DNA of 64,000 nt from Octopus sinensis (GCF_006345805.1 NC_043005.1:19964001-20028000), one strand, 5' to 3'. Counted from the first letter of the stretch, positions 1-12,760 are shown. The notes: generated by a model from the letters alone, not told the origin. Numbers and translations are program-made.

Positions 1-253
1 ATAATAACTGTAACAATTGCAACGGACGATCACACATGCATACGCAACAGCTGGTGCAGCTCAACAATAATAACAAAAAAAATAATAAATATAAATAAAT
101 AATAAAAATAATAATTGTAGAAAACGCAAACGACATCAACTATAACAACAATAAAAAAAACAACAATATTAACCACAATTTAAAATGTCAAGAATTTCTT
201 GCATAACAAATAGCAAGCTACACATAACATAAAGTAACTATACTTAGGGTAGT

Positions 254-284
<31 letters not shown>

Positions 285-446
285 TATATACACTTATTTA
301 TTTATCACACACACACATGGCATCTCGCTTTCCATTCTGAGACAAGTTCAAGTTACATTTGTACCTGGCATGCACGAACAGGAGTTTCTCAGTTACCAAA
401 TGTTTGCATCTTTCGAATGATCTCCATCCAGCCACCCAGTTTAAAT

Positions 447-500
447 ATTGGCCCCGCTCAGTACATTCTATAAACCATTTCATTATCTCCGTCACATTCT
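447..500 (+). promoter_or_regulatory. Possible core promoter of the K+ channel gene
   Basis: ATTGG (reverse CCAAT) at 447-451, CCCCGC at 452-457, TATAAA at 469-474 and an Inr-like CACATTC about 27 bp downstream, inside a non-repetitive island. Motif match only; the TSS is unknown. Confidence 0.2.
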
Positions 501-813
501 TCTGTCTATATCGCTGGGATTTTATATATATATATCATATATATATATATATATATCATATATATATTTTTTTCTGTTCTACTTCTTTTGTTTCACGCAC
601 GTATGTTAAACATAAATATTTATGTTCATAGATATAAGGATACATACCAAGTATATATAGATTAGTGCGCGAAAATATATATAAATACGCATACATATTT
701 ATTCAGAAATGCATGTGATAATATATATAATTTGTTATTTCACCTTAATTCTGCTGTGAAAAAAATAATTTACAAAAAAATCATGCATATATATCGATAA
801 TTTATATACGTTC

Positions 814-844
<31 letters not shown>

Positions 845-1343
845 TATATATATAATATATATATATATACACATATATATATATATGTTAACACCAATAT
901 AGAGAGAGAAAAATCCAGTATACAAAGCAAGTGCTAAAACTAAAGAAGGTTATATTATAAAGGAAAACTTAAAACTAAGTGATTTTTAAATCCAAAACGC
1001 AAATATCCATTCTAAAATTCGACTCTCAAATCCGCAACAGTGATGATCCAAGATAGAGGGAAAATTCCTGGATACAATCCTTAAATCACAGAAAGCAATC
1101 CTGAAAACTCCCAAACAGTATTTGAAAAATCGGAAGCAAGGTAAAATATCAAAAAGTAATTATCATCAATAAGAGTTAAACCAAACCAAACGAAACCCGA
1201 CACAAAGTGAACTCTGTTTTCACAAAATCCCTCCAATACACAGGTATATACCCATTAAACACATACACACGTCAACTCCATCACTTCCTTTGAGGAAAGA
1301 AAAAGAAAAAAGCTACACAAAAGCTGAAATCAAACCAGTACCA

Positions 1344-1650
<307 letters not shown>

Positions 1651-1929
1651 TAGTCCTTGCATTTTCTTTGATTCATTTTTTGTTGTTATTGTTTGTTTGT
1701 TTGTTAGTTTGTTTGTTATGTGACTAGGAGGAATAACCAGCAACTATAAAACTTTGCACGATCTCAGAAACTTGTTGTTGGTGCTGCTGATGGATCCAGG
1801 AAACATGGGACATTGCAGCCGAAAGTTGAGCGTCAAGATATCCAGTTGATCCGAGACTTGGACTGAACACTTGCAACTGAGTGGACTCCACTCACATAAC
1901 AGGAGAAAATATCTATTCTGACGAAGAAG

Positions 1930-1966
<37 letters not shown>

Positions 1967-2407
1967 ATATTATATATATATATATATATATAAGGTTAAT
2001 CCAAACGGGAAAACAGAAAAAACAACAACACGTGGAACAATTACAGTATTATTATTATTATTAGGCGCTCATATATATATATATATGTATTTATTTATGT
2101 ATGTATATATATGTATATATATATATGTGTGTATATATATATATATATATAATATATATATATATATATTATATATATATATAAAGCTACTATGTCCATT
2201 ATCTCAGCTTTCTGCATTCTCCCTAAACCAAGCTGTTGAGTAAAGTTCATAATAAAGTTGATACTTAATTTGAGGTTTCCAATTTAGATAAACATTTGTT
2301 GAATTGCACCATTCAAACAACTTTGTCGGACAGTCGCCAAAACGAAAATGGCGGCTCAACCACCCTTTAATTACATTCAACCATCTTAAAAAGATGACAC
2401 AACATAT

Positions 2408-2495
2408 CAGGGGTGGACTGAGCCGTCGGTCAATCTGAGGGGCCTGCACTCTACAGTTATACCCGAGGGCCCTTAATACTCTTAGTTCGCCTCTG
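2408..2495. mobile_element. 88-bp hAT-type MITE
   Basis: 15-bp TIRs CAGGGGTGGACTGAG / revcomp CAGAGGCGAACTAAG (11/15, all mismatches are transitions). 8-bp TSD CAACATAT / CAACACAT. Confidence 0.7.
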
Positions 2496-3369
2496 CAACA
2501 CATTGTACTGTAGTCCTAGGTATACTACATCTTAAGTACAAGATGAGATGGTCAACGTTGCAACACCCTTGATTATAGTTCTGTTCAGTCAGATCTGACA
2601 CGGTTCTAAATAACGAAACCACCACAGGAACATCTTACTTTGTCGCTCGACCAGCAAAACACGAGTCAAATTTCCCTTGAATCACTCCCGACCATCTTTT
2701 ATGAAATGATGTATTGTATATCTAGAACTACTTTATGTATGGATAAAATACAGATGGTCAGTTATGCAAATTTTTTCTTGATCATAGGTCTATCGTATCA
2801 AGGATGTCTTGGGACACAAACATCAACCACAACAGTTGTCATTTGGAGTTAGAATTAGGATACGGGTTTAGAATTTAAAATGTAGGTTTATGTGGAGTTA
2901 AAGCCATTGGGATAAGTATTGAGGGAACAGTATTTGTTTCAAAACAAATTGTATTTACAGACTTATCTGTTGAGCAGTCGCAACACAGTCGAGTAGTTAA
3001 GGCGTTCAGTCTTGAAATTATGATGTCTTTATTGTCGGTCATTCTACATGTTTATCTTCTACCCCAGCCTCGAATTGATCAAATCCATAACCAGCCTTAT
3101 CACACTGCTTCTACCTGGGGAGTTCATTAGGGTGTGTGTGTCTGTGGAATACTCAGACACACAATTATTCACTAAGTAATAAATTCATTTAACCAAACAA
3201 CTGGGATGTTCATCCGTCGATACCAACGGAGGACCCTTTTATATATATATATATATATTATCTTGTCTATACAACAACATGCAATGTTGTTTATGTGACT
3301 CAAAAAAGAAATGAGTGTATGGACACAGAAACACACACACATACACATGCGCGCACACACACTCACACC

Positions 3370-3429
<60 letters not shown>

Positions 3430-3469
3430 ATGGATGTGTATTTACATATTTTTGTCTTGCACCTTAGCC

Positions 3470-3660
3470 CTTAGACGAACCCTGATTGGGCAAAGATATC
3501 CCAATCCCAGCCATGACCACCCAACTTCATCTTGGGTGAATATCTTATTCAACATATCTTCCCTTTCTAAAAAGAACGGTAGGGTGCGATTTGAAAGTTT
3601 TGGCTGCTGTTTCTAGCATATCAATCGATCACGTGTGAGAATTCTTCATTTGGCTCGTGT
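3470..3660 (+). repeat. Unclassified dispersed repeat family 'Y' (representative copy)
   Basis: Shared motifs ccagccatgaccatcccatc and tttggctgctatttctagca recur at about 2560-2700(-), 16555-16630, 16985-17170(-), 27320-27497, 56270-56480, 58075-58200 and 59950-60105. Confidence 0.55.
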
Positions 3661-4183
3661 TAGCTAAGATGTATATATTCAATGTCTGGATGTATGATTA
3701 TATTATTGTGTATGCATGCATTTGTGTGTATGTATTCGTATATAAAAACGTATGATAAGTCTCAGTAGGAGGGTGCAACCCATAGCTTTTTCTTAGCCTC
3801 ATGTTCCATAGGATTGAAACGACAACTAAATAAATTTGATTTGAGTAATGTTTAAATTGAACTTTTTTATGTTTCTGTATATTTTTTTTTTGTTCTCCAA
3901 ACGGTTTCAGTCATTGGACTGAGGCCATGCTGGAGCACTCTCCCTAACGGTTTTGTTGATTATATCGCCTCTTCCTCTGTTTTGTGTACATATTAGCTTG
4001 GAACCTATTTTATTGATCTCTACATATCAAACTGCTAAGTTATGTTTTTGTCATCAAGGCATGCAGTTAAAGACACCGGTGAACATTGATAAACGTAAAT
4101 ATAGACACACACGTGTGTATATATATATATATGTATATATGCATGTACATATGTGTAAACATAAGTATGTATGTATATATTAT

Positions 4184-4214
<31 letters not shown>

Positions 4215-4763
4215 GTACATATGTGTATACATAAGTATGCATGTATATGTATATGTGTATTTGTATACATGTGTATATGTATACATATGTGAATGTATAC
4301 ATATATATGTATGTATATATGTATGTGTATGTATATATGCATGTATGTGTATATATATATACGTATACATATATTTCTGTGAATGCCTATATATATTTGT
4401 GTGTGTGTGTGTGGTGTATGCGTGCGTGCACCTGCGCAATAATCATTTCAATGTCCAGAGTATATGAGAGGCAGATTCAGCGGGGTAGATCAGTCCAGGG
4501 CCCAGACCACAACACCGAGGGGAGGGAGAAAAGGGAGGGGCTGTGAATACTTGACAAGTCTCTCCTTGAAATACCATTTCAGGTCCCTTGAATTTCCTTA
4601 AGACATGCCTGTCCAAGAAATCTGAAACCAGTCTGGTTCTGGTATACATAATTTCTCCCAGAGGCCCTGTTTGCTACAGCTAGAGGCCTTTTGTCCAAGA
4701 TACTGTGCTGTAGGGTTGCACCCAGAATGGGCATATTTGCAAAGGAAATTTAACAACACAGAT

Positions 4764-4768
4764 CTCTC

Positions 4769-4822
<54 letters not shown>

Positions 4823-4830
4823 TCTCTCTC
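4764..4830. repeat. (CT)n microsatellite
   Basis: Direct; a similar tract lies at about 27138-27240. Confidence 0.95.
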
Positions 4831-5704
4831 TCACACACAAACAGACTCATGCATGCACATATATGGCTGTGTACTTAAGAAGTTTGCTTCTTATCCACTT
4901 TGTTTCAGGTTCCGACTCACTGAGTGGCACCTTGAGTAAGTGGTTTCTATACATAATCTTAGGCTGACCAAAGCCTTATGAATAGATTTGGTATATAGAA
5001 ACTGAGAGAAGTTCATCATACATATCATATCATATGGACAACAGACATTAAATGATGATGATTATAATGATATATATATATATGTATATATATATATGGG
5101 TGCATGTAGTTGTGTCCCTTTGTCTTGGCATCCCATAATAGATGTAAACAAGTATCCCTGTCATATAGGCTGTGTCATTTCCAATCTTCTTTTCTTGGCA
5201 ATGGAGAAATATTACTTTGCTAGCAAACAAGTAAGGGTTGGTGACAAGAAGGATCTTGTCACAGAAAATCTTGTCACACCTCAATGAACTCCATCTGACC
5301 CATGCAAATATGGAAAACTGGATGTCAAAAATAATGATGATGAGGTTGTGACATTTAGCTTCTTTGTTTTGTTCTTATGTTTTTTGTTTTTTTTTCATAC
5401 CCTACCATAGAAATATTCAATAAATACGTATGTTATAAATATGAGTGAAGAGACTTATTTTTCACATCTGAAGGCTTTGTGCAATCAACTTTACAGTCAA
5501 CTGTTATGCATCAGTGAATCTATGATTATTTTAGATTTACTCATGTGTAACAATTGACTATAAAGTCACTTGCAAAAAATCTGTAGGTATAATGAAATCT
5601 GTTTTCTCACATACCATTACCTAGATATCACATACACACACAGTTAAGCAGTAAAGGCAGTGCTCCAGCATGACCACAGTCAAATGACTGAAACAAAAAA
5701 AATC

Positions 5705-5945
5705 ATCATCATTGTTTTAATGATCACTTTTCCATGTTTGCATGGGTTAGATGTAATGTGCTGAGAAAAAATTTCTATGGCCAGATACCCTATTTGTCAC
5801 CTACCATCACTGATTTCCAAGCAAGGAAATTCTTCCCTATGGTCAGACATGTTTTCATGGAAGATTGGAAGTAAATGACATAACTTTTATGGTGGTTACA
5901 TTCATTTATAACTATTGCATCATGCCAATGAAAGAAGGCATACAA
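5705..5945 (-). mobile_element. RTE-tail-related dispersed repeat variant
   Basis: catcattgttttaa..cacttttccatg tail motif. Related copies at about 5040-5335(+), 13722-13900, 60620-60850 and 61990-62180. Confidence 0.5.
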
Positions 5946-5980
5946 ACACACACATGTATGTATATATATATATATATATA

Positions 5981-6304
5981 TGGCTCCTATGCCAGTGGCA
6001 TGTAAAAAGCACCATTCGAGCATGGGTCATTGTCAGTGCCACCTGACTAGCTCCCATGCCGGTGGCATGTAAAGAGCACCATTGAAGTGTGATCAATACC
6101 TGACTGGCCCTCATGCCAATGGTACATATGAAGCACCTACTACACTCTTGGAGTGGTTGACATTAGGAAGGGCATCCAGCTGTAGAAACCTTGCCAGATC
6201 AGATTGGGGCCTGGTGCAGCCTTCTGGCTTGCCAGTCTCCAGTCAAACTGTCCAACCCATGCCAGTATGGAAAGTGAATGTTAAACAATGATGATGATGA
6301 TGAT
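5981..6304 (+). mobile_element. RTE-type LINE 3' UTR fragment
   Basis: gagtggttg..attaggaagggcatccagctgtagaaacc...ccaacccatgcca.tatggaaag...(GAT)n. The same tail follows RTE ORF2 ends at 7029-7380 and 35841-36425. Confidence 0.7.
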
Positions 6305-6764
6305 ATATAAAAGTTAAATTTAGAATTAAAGAATTAAGGTTTAGAAAGTAGGCATTAAATGCAGTATCCAAACCTTGTTTCAGGTTATGTCCCAGACAGT
6401 GTGCCTGCAGGGCACATTCACCATTTATGGCTACCAGGCATCATCAGTGATACTGTGCATTTGTCGGTGGATCTACATTTGGAATTCTGAGGTGCACATA
6501 GAGTATATTTTAAATCATTAATATGGGAGATGGAGTGTAACTTGAAGCATTTATTAACACAACAATTCATTTTGTTTTCATTCTGCTCCTAAGTGGGCAT
6601 GAAATGATGTAATAACACAAACCATTCCATGCCCATTAGGGAGCAGTGTAGTATGAAGCCAAAATGATTGTTGTGCTAAAAAATGCTTCTAGCTACACAC
6701 TATATTCCATATAAATCATTTAAAATATATATATATATATATATATGGCAGACAAAATATGGCT

Positions 6765-6977
6765 ACGCATTTTGCACGCTGGGCAAAATGCGTATCCATA
6801 TTTCGTCTGCCGTTACGTTCTGCGTTCAAATTCCGCTGAGGTCAACTTTGCCTTTCATCCTTTCGGGGTCGATAAATAAAGTACTGGTTACGCACTGGGG
6901 TTGATGTAATCGACTTAATCCCTTTGTCTGTCTTTGTTTCTCCCCTCTATGTTTAGCCCCTTGTGGGCAATAAAGAA

Positions 6978-6978
<1 letters not shown>
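6765..6978 (+). mobile_element. tRNA-derived SINE with Nin/Deu-like core, subfamily A tail
   Basis: B-box-like GTTCAAATTCC, core gcctttcatcctttcggggtcgataaataaagtac, A-rich tail caataaagaaata. A second copy lies at 37845-38056(-). Confidence 0.7.
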
Positions 6979-7008
<30 letters not shown>

Positions 7009-7028
7009 AAGAGAGGGAGTGAAATTGT

Positions 7029-7380
7029 AGAAGAGGTTGAACTAGGAAGACATGGAACAAAGTGATGAGAAAGGATCTTCTGATGCCGGGCCTTAATGAG
7101 GAAATGACAAGGGACTGAATGTTGTGGTGATTTGCTGTACTTAAGAAGATATGTCAAGCTGAGTAAAATCATGGTCATCCATACATACAAGCATATCCTT
7201 TGCAGGTGCTGGTGCCACATAAAATGCACTCATGCCAGTGCCACAGAGAAGGCACCGAGCACACTCTGTAAAGTGGTTGGCATTAGGAAGGGCGTCCAGC
7301 CATAGAAACCCGGCTGGCCAGCTCCTGTCAAACTGTCCAACTCATGCCAGTATAGAAAACAGATGTTGAATGACGATGAT
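7029..7380 (+). mobile_element. RTE LINE 3' end (ORF2 C-terminus plus 3' UTR)
   Basis: Reads RKTWNKVMRKDLLMPGLNEEMTRD (RTE ORF2 end) followed by the RTE tail. Confidence 0.7.
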
Positions 7381-8029
7381 GGTGGTGGTGGTGGTGGTGG
7401 TGGTGGTGGTATGCTTCTTTCAGTTTTCAGCTACCATATTCACTCATAAGGCCTTGGTTGACCTGGGACTATTGCAGAAAACACTTGCTCAAGGTGCTTC
7501 ACAATTGAACTGAACTCGAAAGTTTGTTGGTTGATAAGCAAGCTTCATAACCACACTGCCATATCTGTACCTTATACTTGCTCCCATACTTACTGTAATA
7601 ATTAAAATATTATTAATCATTAGCAAATATTTTTTTTCCCATCACTTAATTATCTCCAGTCAGCTTTTCAATAGTCCCTCCAATAAATATGTTAACACTA
7701 ATTTAAATAAATGGTGCTCAACAAGCAAAAGCAAGTGACTGATAATTCTGTAGATCAATAACTTCTAGTGAAAGCCTGATCTTTTGACATGATCAACTTT
7801 AATTTCCATAAGGTAATATTTTTAAATACATTCATACATTTGTGTGTGTGTGCATGTGTGTGTGTGTGTGTGTGCATGGTTATCTTTTTATCATGCAATA
7901 TATTACTGATTATAACATAATTTATTAAGAATGTATATGGTCTGTTATTTGTATTAGGTGTGCTTTTTCTGATTTACAGACAACTAACTGATGATGTATT
8001 TCTGTGTGTGTGTGGTGTGAACAGCAGTA

Positions 8030-8432
8030 GCGGAGTGGTTGGTGAGTGTAGTACAAGCCATGTACAAGGATGCTATCAGTAAGGTGAAGGCCAGCAATGA
8101 GTATAACAATGAATTTATTGTACAAGCAGGAGTCCACCAAAGATCAGTTCTCAGCCCCGCCCCGCCCCACCTCTTGTTTATCATAGTCCTCCAGGCCATA
8201 ACAGAGGGATTTAAAACTGGCTGCTCTTGGGAGCTCCTCTATTCAGATGACCTGCTGGTTCCATGTGAAAGCACCTGTGCTGGTATCACATAAAAGAGTC
8301 TGTGCCAATGTCATATAACAGCAACCATGCTGGTGGTATGTAAAAGTGCCCTTCCTTGTGCAATATAAAAAGCATTTTGTACACAGTGTGAAGTGGTTGG
8401 CATTAGGAAAGGTGTCCAACCATAGAAACCAT
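8030..8432 (+). mobile_element. Degenerate RTE RT fragment joined to a 3' UTR piece
   Basis: QAMYKDAISKVK...GVHQRSVLSP..LFIIVLQAITEGFKTGCSWELLYSDDL. Confidence 0.85.
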
Positions 8433-8772
8433 GCTAGCTAAAGATAAGCCCCTGTATCTCGCTTTCGTTGACATGGAGAAAGCCTTTGACAGGTCCCCCG
8501 ATCCCTTATCTGGTGGTCCAAGAGGAAACTAGGGATAGATGAATGGTTAGTGGGAGCTGTGCAGGCCATGTACAGGGATGCTGTCAGTAAGGTGAGGGTT
8601 GGCAATGAGTACACTGAAGAATTCAGGGTAGAGGTAGGGGTCCACCAAGTTTCAGTCCTCAGCCCCTTCCTATTTGTCATAGTCCTCCAGGCAATAACGG
8701 AGGAATTCAAGACAGGATGCCCCTGGGAGCTCCTCTAAGCTGATGACCTTGCTCTAATTGCTGAGTCACTAT
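8433..8772 (+). mobile_element. RTE reverse transcriptase fragment (pseudogenised)
   Basis: KPLYLAFVDMEKAFDR...[43 protein letters not shown]; YADD Tyr changed to stop, plus a frameshift. Confidence 0.9.
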
Positions 8773-9203
8773 ATGTATGTATGTATATATATGTATGTAT
8801 GTATTTATATATATATGTATTTATGTAGTTATATATATAAATATGTATGTATGTAGTTATATATATATATGTATGTATTTATATATATATTTATGTATGT
8901 ATATATTTATATATATATATGTATATGTATGTATGTATTTGTTATATATGATTATATGTAGTATTATAATATGTATATATATAATATTATATATATTTTA
9001 CATATAGTATGTATGTATTTTTATACATATATAAATATATGTGCATGTGTATGTATATTTATATGTTGATGTTTTGATATATATATGTATGTATTTATAT
9101 ATGTGTATATGTTATCTGTGTATTATATATGTATATATGTGTGCGTGTGTGTATATTTATACATAATCTATATGCATATCTATCTATCTTATCTATCTAT
9201 ATA

Positions 9204-10290
9204 TCATCATCATCAGCATCATCATCATTTAGCGTCAGTTTTCCATGCAAGATGGGTTGGACGGTTCACAACTGGGGTCTGGGGGCCCGAAGGCTGCACC
9301 AGGCCAGTCAGATCTGGCAGTGTTTCTACAGCTGGATGCCCTCCTAACGCCAACCACTCCGAGAGTGTAGTGGGTGATTTTATGTGCCACCGATGTGCCA
9401 GACGAGGCTGGCGAACGGCCACGCTCGGATGGTTTTTTATGTGCCACCGACACAGGTGCCAGACGAGCTGTCAGACGGCCACGCTCGGATGGTGTTTTTA
9501 TGTGCCACCGACACAGGTGCCAGATGAGGCTGGCAGGTGCCAGACGAGGCTGGCAGACGGCCACGCTGGATGGTGTTTTTATGTGCCACCGACACAGGTG
9601 CCAGATGAGGCTGGCGGACGGCCACGATCGGATGGTGTTTGTTACGTCCCCAAGCACGGAGGCCAGTCTATGCGGTACTGGCTACGGCCACGTTCGGATG
9701 ATTTTCTTGTGTGCCACCGGCACTGGTACCACAAAGATACAAATTCCATTTATGTTCATCTATTTTGATTGTTTTGATTTGATTTGATTTTCACTTGCCT
9801 CAACAGGTCTTCACAAGTGTCACTTGCCTCAACAGGTCTTCACAAGTGTCACAAAGGAAGGTATGCACAGGTGGACTGTCTACTCGTCGCCGGGTCTTCG
9901 GATGGTGTCTTTATGTGCCACCGACACAGGTGCCAGATGTGGCTGGCGAACGGCACGATCGGATGGTTTTCTTGTGTGCCACCGGTACTGGAACCACAAA
10001 GATACAAATTCCATTGATGTTCATCTATTTTGATTTGGTTTGATTTTCACTTGCCTCAACAGGTCTTCACAAGTGTCACGCGTGTCACACACTTGCCTCA
10101 ACAGGTCTCCACAAGTGTCACAACATGCCTCTGCCTCAACAGGTCTTCACAAGTGTCACACACTGCCTCTGCCTCAACAGGTCTTCACAGTGTCATAAGG
10201 GGAAGGTATGCACAGGTGACTGACTACTCGCCGGGTCTTTGGATGGTGTTTTTATGTGCCACCGACACAGGTGCCAGGTGAGGCTGGCGA
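9204..10290 (-). mobile_element. RTE-type 3' UTR with nested minisatellite arrays (~60-bp and 29-bp units)
   Basis: RTE tail at 9204-9375, then ~60-bp units (ttttatgtgccaccgacacaggtgccagacgaggctggc...cggatggtg) and six 29-bp units (cacttgcctcaacaggtcttcacaagtgt). Confidence 0.75.
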
Positions 10291-10655
10291 CATATATTAT
10301 ATATACAATACACACACACACACATATGTATATATACCAAATTTCAGTCCTGTTATTGCTGTATTGGAGAACAAGTGTGTATTTGTGTATGCATGAGTCT
10401 ATAGTTGTAGGTAAAAAAAATGTCTATCTATGTATTACGTTGTATTAATTAGGTGTATTATCCATAGCAAAGGTGAAATGGTTAATTTTGAGAGGCTAAT
10501 GATTTTAATTGCACTCAGATAATGAGATCAAATCAGCTGTAAAGCATTTCATTGTATTTCTGAACAAAATACTACATTTTACATTCCGTCAATTGGCTAG
10601 ATGTTGGTGGAGAGTTTGATGCCACCTGTGATAGAGATTCACTTCATATATGTAT

Positions 10656-11055
10656 AGGCGCAGGAGTGGCTGTGTGGTAAGTAGCTTGTTTACCAACCAC
10701 ATGGTTCCGGGTTCAGTCCCACTGTGCGCCACCTTGGGCAAGTGTCTTCTACTATAGCCTCGGGCCGACCAAAGCCTTGTGAGTGGATTTGGTAGATGGA
10801 AACTGAAAGAAGCCCGTCGTATATATGTATATATATATATATATGCGTGTGTGTGTCTGTGTTTGTCGCCCTAGCATTGCTTGACAACCGATGCTGGTGT
10901 GTTTATGTCCCCGTTACTTAGCGGTTCGGCAAAAGAGACTGATAGAATAAGTACTGGGCTTACAAAGGAATAAGTCCCGGGGTCAAGTTGCTCGATTAAA
11001 GGCGGTTCTCCAGCATGGCTGCGGTCAAATGACTGAAACAAGTAAAAGAGTAAAG
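10656..11055 (+). mobile_element. Full-length tRNA-derived SINE with CORE-like segment
   Basis: A box TGGCTGTGTGG, B box GGTTCAGTCCC, accttgggcaagt core, internal (TA)/(GT) tract, and TSD ATATATGTAT / ATATATTTAT. Octopus OR-type SINEs are known CORE-SINEs; identity not checked. Confidence 0.85.
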
Positions 11056-11489
11056 ATATATTTATTTCGTTTCTTACATTTTTTTTTTTCACATTATAAC
11101 ATCAGAATTAAGGGCATTGATTTAAGACAAACTAGGTTTCATGTTTATGTTATGATTTATGAAAAACTTCAAGGATTTAAGAGAACTTATATCTCAAGTT
11201 TTTTATAATAATGTTTCTAGAATATTCTATGCATGTGGAGATAAAGGGGATGTTTCAATATAGTTCATACAGTTGACATTCAGTTTGCAGTGTTGTTGGT
11301 TTATATAACCAAGTAAGTATGTGTGACGGCTGCAATTGTTAGTGTGTGCTAGCATCTGTAATAGTGTTACCAGGTGTGTACATATCTACCATTTATAATG
11401 TAAATATGAGCATGTATGTATGTGTGTTGATATACACCTACATACATACATATATATACGCATAATGATATATATATATATATATATAT

Positions 11490-11724
11490 CACCGTGATCA
11501 CCGTGACTGACCAGGCTATCAGGTGTTGCTACACATCGCTGATCACAATGTGCTTCGCATTGTTTTAGTCTTCAAATGACGCCATGCCGCTGGCTAAGCG
11601 AGCAGGCCAACAGAAGAAAGAGTGAGAGAAAGTTGTGGCAAAAGAGTACAGCAGGGATCGCCACCACCCCCTGCCGGAGCCACATGGAGCTTTAGGTGTT
11701 TTCGCTCAATAAACACTCACAAAC
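11490..11724 (-). mobile_element. Headless SINE related to the 46737-47044 element
   Basis: Shares gagtgagagaaagttgtggc.aaagagt...ctgccggagccac.tggagc with 46865-46950 but has a different 3' part. Confidence 0.65.
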
Positions 11725-11744
11725 TTGGAAGACATATATATATA

Positions 11745-12379
11745 CTAGCAGTATCGCCCGGCGTTGCTCGGGTTTGTAAGGGAAATAACTATGTAAGCAT
11801 TTTTAGAGAGTTATAGCCAAAAAATAGCAAAAAATGCATTAAAAATGGAAAAAATATGATGGTAAATTTTTTTTTAAATCGTTGACTCATCGTAGACATT
11901 TTTAGAGAGTTACTTCCCTTATATAATAGCGAAAAAATGCATTAAAATGGAAAAAAAACGATGGTAAATTTTTTTTTAATCATAGACTCATGTAGACGCT
12001 TTCTTAGCCATTTCTGTTTTGGTGTCTTCAAGCCATGAAGTCGTTGTTCTAAAAGAACACTGGTCTCCTTGACAACGCATTACGACGTGATTTCCTTACA
12101 CTCCCTTCCCCACAGGTGCAGGTGTGAGCGTGGACGCCAACTCCGCCGCCAGCGACACACGAAAAATTATGCATTAAAATGGAATAAAAAATGATGTTAA
12201 ATTATTTTTAAAATCGTAGACTCATCGTAGACACGCGCTAATATTCAGACGGGCTCGATATGAATCACGACTATAAGCTACCCGAATTTGGTTAAACTGT
12301 ACCGCAAAATGTGGGAGTAGTTAGGAATCTAAATCGAAGGGGACAGACACTCACACAACTACAGTTTTATATATATAGA
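11745..12379 (-). mobile_element. Non-autonomous Helitron (635 bp)
   Basis: Minus strand reads A|TCTATATATATAAAA...CCCGAGCAACGCCGGG(hairpin)CGATACTGCTAG|T: canonical TC/CTAG ends, AT target, subterminal hairpin and no TSD. Three internal ~100-bp repeats. Confidence 0.85.
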
Positions 12380-12384
12380 TATAC

Positions 12385-12760
12385 ATAGCGCAGTAGTGGT
12401 GAGATATGACAGCAAAGAAAAGCATACATTCACTCTCTGCATGCAATTAGACTCGGAAAGTTCGTGAGGAACCCATTGACCCAATTTGCTGACTTTTCCG
12501 ATAGCACACAGGTGTCAATGAATGGTTGAATGACCAAATCCAAGCTTCTCTGCTAGTTCCTCAACAGTTACGATGATATTTGTTCCACCAGGGTTTTCAG
12601 GATGTCCTTGTCGACTTCTACAGATCTTTCAGGATGAGGCTCGTCTTCTAGGCTGTAGTTTATGGCTCGGGATTTCTGGAACCACCATTGACACTGCCTT
12701 ACGCTTATTGTCCAATCCCCATATACTGCATTAATATTTCTTGTACTTTGCACACATTTA
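12385..12760 (-). mobile_element. Mariner transposase N-terminal remnant
   Basis: RNINAVYGD..SVRQCQWWFQK.R..YSLEDEPHPER and IGKVSKLGQWVPHEL (mariner WVPHEL motif). Confidence 0.85.

Noticed and set aside
4035-4546. ORFs rich in YI/HT/CV, poly-N, poly-L or poly-T (here and throughout)
   Set aside because: They are translations of (TA)n, (CA)n, (TATG)n and (TTA)n microsatellites.
9085-9787. Long ORFs of 227, 140 and 137 aa
   Set aside because: They are open only because of stop-poor tandem units and microsatellites, and show no protein family features.
9792-10194. Palindromic 29-bp repeats resembling a CRISPR array
   Set aside because: Spacers are 0-13 nt and derived from the unit, the context is eukaryotic, there are no cas genes, and the array lies inside a LINE 3' UTR.
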